Positions 59,788 through 64,000 of a DNA stretch of 64,000 nucleotides are shown here, piece after piece. Under the pieces are notes generated by a model. That model was not told the origin of the DNA, searched no databases, and saw nothing but the letters and a program-made list of their open reading frames with translations. The number at the start of each line of letters is the position of its first letter. The first letter of the stretch is position 1. The DNA is taken from assembly GCA_013288345.1 (NCBI GenBank), contig JABDCA010000001.1:13417-77416 (forward strand), in the 5' to 3' direction. Made by a program: the position numbers and the translations under genes. Source of the DNA: Bacteroidota bacterium. GTDB taxonomy: Bacteria > Bacteroidota > Bacteroidia > JABEUT01.

Positions 59788-60462
59788 ATGATTATTCGTA
59801 AATATGGCATAACGCTGAAAAGGCTTAAAGAGGAAGACATAGAGCTGGTGCGGCAAATGCGAAACTCGGAAGGTATAAGCAGAACCATGTTTTACCGGGA
59901 GCATATTTCCACTGAAATGCAGGCAAAGTGGTTTCATTCTATCAATAATAAAAACAACGGCTATTATATCATCATCTATCAAGGCCAGAAGATTGGACTG
60001 ATACATGGCAAGAATATTGATTTTGAAAAAAGAACCTGCGAAGGAGGAATTTTTATTTGGGACCCTGCCTATATAGGTACGCTAATTCCTTCGCTGGCTT
60101 CAGTTATTATGAACGACTGGACCTTTTACATTATGAACTTCAATGCTATTTTCGCAAAAGTGCTGAGCGGAAACAAAATTGCATTGAACTATAACCTTTT
60201 GATGGGTTATAAGCTTTGTGAACCTGTGAATAATGATACAGGAGTTCAATGGCTGAAGCTTACCAAAGAGAAGTATTTTGCACGAATGAAGAGCTTCCGT
60301 AAAAATATGGTGCATTATACAAAAGATAGTGAACTGATTTCGATAAATGATATTGACGCCTCTGATGAATCTGCCAACGAAATTGAATTGTTCTACAAAG
60401 GCCTGCCAGCTGATATTCAGGAAAAGGCTGATGCGATACTTGCCCAAACCGGGCCGAAATAG
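59788..60462 (+). CDS. GNAT N-acyltransferase (PseH-like)
   Basis: DIELVRQMRN, ISTEMQAKWF and NKIALNYNLLMGY. Confidence 0.75.
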   Translation: MIIRKYGITLKRLKEEDIELVRQMRNSEGISRTMFYREHISTEMQAKWFHSINNKNNGYYIIIYQGQKIGLIHGKNIDFEKRTCEGGIFIWDPAYIGTLIPSLASVIMNDWTFYIMNFNAIFAKVLSGNKIALNYNLLMGYKLCEPVNNDTGVQWLKLTKEKYFARMKSFRKNMVHYTKDSELISINDIDASDESANEIELFYKGLPADIQEKADAILAQTGPK

Positions 60463-60487
60463 TATCTATAGATAAGGTACACTGTCT

Positions 60488-61915
60488 TTATCTTTTCTTA
60501 ATCCCTATATACTTCTTATTATAGTAATTATAATAGCCATCATTTAACCATTTTATTGCAATGCCCAATCCTTCCGAACCCTTTGCATCCTGTGGAATTT
60601 CGCTAAAAAAAACAGAATGAGGAATATGTTTTATGGAATCAACCATGCAACTGTCTCCTTTAAATGTCCGCAAATAATTATCCCTTTCTATTCTCTCTTG
60701 ATTATAGGCGGAAGCATTACCCGAAAACAAGTCATTGTATGAAGTGGTAATATTATTTGTTCTGAAAACGATAGCAACTAAAAATATTAGGTATAGCGGG
60801 ATTTTGACATACCCTGCTATATTAAAATTGGGGTAACGCTTTCTAATAACCACAACAGCAGAAAGGAAGAAGTACATGGTGATGGTTACAAAGTAAAAAT
60901 ATATGCCATTTAAATACCACTGGCTGGGTGCAATTCCGGTCGACCAGAAATAAATGAATACATTAACCAGAGGTATAGCAAGGCATGCCACGAAACTGAG
61001 CCCAAGAGGAATTATTAAAATTGATTTTATTTGAGACTCCTCAAATTTCCATTTAGAAAAAAGATCAAATAGCAAAAGGAGAACAAAACCCATGGGCAGA
61101 AGCCATCGGCTTAATAAAAACGCCTCCCACTTAATTGATTTTTCTATTGAAAAAACCAATCTATGAGCATTCGGAAACATCATTGATCCACGTGCAGTAT
61201 TGCCCGGTGCAGCAATTTCAACTATTGTAAACAGAATACAAATTGCTAGTAGAATGAGTGGAAAACTCATACTCCATTTTTTTTGCCTGGCAAGCCAAAT
61301 AAGAACCAAAACAAATACATCAATAAATACCATGCTTATTTCGTAAGAACCAATAATGGCAATTGTAAGCAGGCAGGCTAAAGCAGCAAACAAGCCTTTG
61401 CTTGCAGATTGGTAATAGCCTAAAACAGAAGCCAATAGTAGCAAAGTGAATATGCAAGGCGTAAGTATAGTATAAACGCTGCATTGCCAAAACAACCCAA
61501 AGCCAATATTGGGCATAAATGCCACAAAAGCAAAAATAAACAGGGCGCTTATGCCAATTTTATACGTTTTTAAATAACCCACAAGCAGTTTACCGGCGAG
61601 CCAGTAAGCTGAACCCATTAAGCCAAGTAAAAAAACTACAGTGTTTAGTTTATATCCCCAAGAAGCATTAAACACCAAAGGATTAAGACTTAATAGAGCC
61701 GAAACAAAGTAGCGGCCCGACCAGTTATAATACCACCACTTTTGCGCCCCTATAAAACCTTTTTGCTGTACCAGGGTAGTATCGAAATAAACATCCCAGC
61801 AAGGGTGGTTATAAAATGAGAGGATGAACAAGGGGAGAATGGTGGCAACTAACAAAATAGCAAGCAAACCGGCAACCAGGTTACTATAATCTTTTTTAGG
61901 GGCTATTTCCATCAA
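60488..61915 (-). CDS. DUF6056-like multi-TM protein (GT-C-like)
   Basis: YNHPCWD, WSGRYF and APGNTAR; paralog of 50587-52062. Confidence 0.7.
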   Translation of the reverse strand: MMEIAPKKDYSNLVAGLLAILLVATILPLFILSFYNHPCWDVYFDTTLVQQKGFIGAQKWWYYNWSGRYFVSALLSLNPLVFNASWGYKLNTVVFLLGLMGSAYWLAGKLLVGYLKTYKIGISALFIFAFVAFMPNIGFGLFWQCSVYTILTPCIFTLLLLASVLGYYQSASKGLFAALACLLTIAIIGSYEISMVFIDVFVLVLIWLARQKKWSMSFPLILLAICILFTIVEIAAPGNTARGSMMFPNAHRLVFSIEKSIKWEAFLLSRWLLPMGFVLLLLFDLFSKWKFEESQIKSILIIPLGLSFVACLAIPLVNVFIYFWSTGIAPSQWYLNGIYFYFVTITMYFFLSAVVVIRKRYPNFNIAGYVKIPLYLIFLVAIVFRTNNITTSYNDLFSGNASAYNQERIERDNYLRTFKGDSCMVDSIKHIPHSVFFSEIPQDAKGSEGLGIAIKWLNDGYYNYYNKKYIGIKKR

Positions 61916-62071
61916 AAATCAAATCGGTTTATAGGGCATTCAGCAATGCAAGTTAGCCAGTTGTTGCTGACTAATTTACTTATTTATTGCATAATGAAAT
62001 ACTTATTGCTGTTCTATTCGGAATTTTCGTTGATTTTTCTACCTTTGTTGCTGTAACTATTACAGCATATT

Positions 62072-64000
62072 ATGCCTTCTGCTATCACTGCTAAAGAAGA
62101 ATCTATCGGTTCGGTACCTGTGCATATTGTATTAAAAGCTTTCGAGCTTATGTGTACTGCCAAAGCTATGACCGAGATATATGAGAAGAATGCTGCTGTT
62201 ACCAGCAAATATGTGCATGCAACATCACGCGGGCACGAAGCTATACAGATAGCACTGGGCCTGCAATTAAAACCACAAGATTTCCTGAGCGCTTATTACC
62301 GCGACGATAGTATTTTGCTTTCTATAGGCATGACTCCTTATGAGCTTATGCTGCAATTAATGGCTAAGGCCGATGACCCGTTTTCAGGTGGAAGGACCTA
62401 CTACTCTCACCCCAGCCTGAAGCGCGATAATATGCCCAAGATACCACACCAGTCATCTGCTACAGGTATGCAGGCTATTCCGTCTACAGGCGTAGCAATG
62501 GGCATTCAGTATTTAGAAAAACGTGGTTTGGCAAAAGTTCATCCCGATGGTAAAGGCATTATGACCTGCTCTTTAGGCGATGGCTCTGTTACCGAAGGTG
62601 AAGTTTCGGAAGCTTTTCAAATGGCTGTATTAAAAAAACTGCCTATATTATATTTAGTACAGGATAACGAATGGGATATATCGGCCACAGCCAAGGAAAC
62701 CCGTGCTATGGATGCCATAGAATATGCCAAAGGATTTAAAGGATTAGAAACCCGAAGCATTGATGGCACTGATTTTATGCGTTGCTACCAAACCCTGAAC
62801 GAGGTAATTGGTATTATGCGCGAAGAAAGAAGGCCATTCCTTGTACATGCAAGGGTGCCTTTGCTCAACCACCATACATCAGGTGTGCGCAAAGAATGGT
62901 ACCGTGCCGATCTGGAGGAAGCCGCAAAGCGTGATCCGTTCCCAAAGTTACGCAACCAGTTAAGTATTGCAGGCTTTAATAATGATAAGCTCAACCAAAT
63001 TGAAAAGAGCGCTAATGAAGCTGTACAACAAGATTATGATAAAGCCTTAAAAGCCGCCGACCCAAAACCGGAAGATGCTTTTAAATATGACTATGCCCCT
63101 ACCCCTATTACTGAAGAAAAAGGAATACGTGAGCCCAAAGGGAAAGAAAAGACCGTAATGGTCGACTGTGCCCTTTTTGCTATACAAGAGTTGATGGAGA
63201 AACACCCTGAGTGTTTATTTTATGGGCAAGATGTGGGTGGACGCTTAGGCGGAGTTTTCCGCGAAGCGGCAACACTGGCACAAAAATTTGGTGACGACCG
63301 TGTATTCAACACTCCTATACAGGAAGCATTTATAGTAGGTAGCACAGTAGGTATGTCTGCTGTAGGCTGCAAGCCTATTGTAGAGATACAGTTTGCGGAT
63401 TATATATGGCCGGGCTTAAACCAGTTATTTACTGAGGTTAGCCGCTCTTATTATTTATCGAATGGCAAATGGCCTGTAAGTTGCGTTATACGTGTACCTA
63501 TTGGCGCTTATGGCAGTGGTGGGCCTTACCACTCATCCAGTATTGAATCGGTACTCACTAATATTCGCGGTGTAAAAATTGCATACCCAAGCACCGGGGC
63601 CGATTTAAAAGGATTACTGAAAGCTGCATATTACGACCCGAACCCTGTTATTATGCTCGAGCATAAAGGCTTATACTGGTCGAAGATAAAAGGTACCGAA
63701 GATGCTAAGACAGTAGAACCTGATGCCGATTATGTAATACCATTTGGCAAAGGCAGGATGGTACAGGAAACACCTGCAACCGGAAAGACCGTTACACTTA
63801 TAGCTTATGGCATGGGTGTTTACTGGGCCAAGAACGCTGCCAAAAAATTCCCGGGCCAGGTAGAAATAATCGACTTACGTACACTCGTTCCACTTGATGA
63901 AGAGATGATATATACATCGGTTAGGAAACATAGCCGTTGCCTTGTAATAACCGAAGAGCCCGTAAATAATACATTCGCACAATCTATTGCATCACGCATA
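62072..64000 (+). CDS. Fused alpha/beta E1 subunit of a 2-oxoacid (branched-chain-type) dehydrogenase, 3' end outside the window
   Basis: Hand translation from ATG 62072: ATSRGHEAIQ, YYRDD, TPP motif GDGSVTEG...DN, HHTSG, GQDVG, VFNTPIQE, EIQFADY and GGPYHS. Confidence 0.92.
   Translation, partial: MPSAITAKEESIGSVPVHIVLKAFELMCTAKAMTEIYEKNAAVTSKYVHATSRGHEAIQIALGLQLKPQDFLSAYYRDDSILLSIGMTPYELMLQLMAKADDPFSGGRTYYSHPSLKRDNMPKIPHQSSATGMQAIPSTGVAMGIQYLEKRGLAKVHPDGKGIMTCSLGDGSVTEGEVSEAFQMAVLKKLPILYLVQDNEWDISATAKETRAMDAIEYAKGFKGLETRSIDGTDFMRCYQTLNEVIGIMREERRPFLVHARVPLLNHHTSGVRKEWYRADLEEAAKRDPFPKLRNQLSIAGFNNDKLNQIEKSANEAVQQDYDKALKAADPKPEDAFKYDYAPTPITEEKGIREPKGKEKTVMVDCALFAIQELMEKHPECLFYGQDVGGRLGGVFREAATLAQKFGDDRVFNTPIQEAFIVGSTVGMSAVGCKPIVEIQFADYIWPGLNQLFTEVSRSYYLSNGKWPVSCVIRVPIGAYGSGGPYHSSSIESVLTNIRGVKIAYPSTGADLKGLLKAAYYDPNPVIMLEHKGLYWSKIKGTEDAKTVEPDADYVIPFGKGRMVQETPATGKTVTLIAYGMGVYWAKNAAKKFPGQVEIIDLRTLVPLDEEMIYTSVRKHSRCLVITEEPVNNTFAQSIASRI

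Overview
Bacteroidota chromosome segment, judged from T9SS cargo proteins, TAnnTTTG promoters, AT-rich translation starts, and DUF3127 and DUF4296 genes. It has two parts. (1) Positions 1 to about 18,460 are a visibly AT-richer accessory island whose right end interrupts comM; only the 3' half of comM remains (18419-19168). The island carries a minus-strand unit: LytTR regulator, a promoter with three 21-bp-spaced direct repeats, three phage-virion-like genes, a 363-aa domain-fused Cys/Thr-rich lanthipeptide-like precursor, and LanC (cut by the window edge). It also carries a translationally coupled DNA methyltransferase / GHKL-histidine-kinase fusion / receiver-domain / broken fourth-gene operon, a convergent Z1-domain helicase pair, Pro/Lys-rich micro-ORFs and a DDE transposase. 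(2) From about 20.7 kb the sequence looks like core genome: prolyl oligopeptidase, kynU, SDR, glycosyltransferases, ABC permease, a SpoIIE sensor, large repeat-rich T9SS proteins, RRM protein, desaturase, DEAD-box helicase and tRNA-Lys(UUU). It also holds an ACP/KAS III/SDR/GT2/GNAT/acyltransferase cluster with multi-TM glycosyltransferase-like genes, and a fused 2-oxoacid dehydrogenase E1 (partial). All family calls come from motifs read by eye; no database searches were run.
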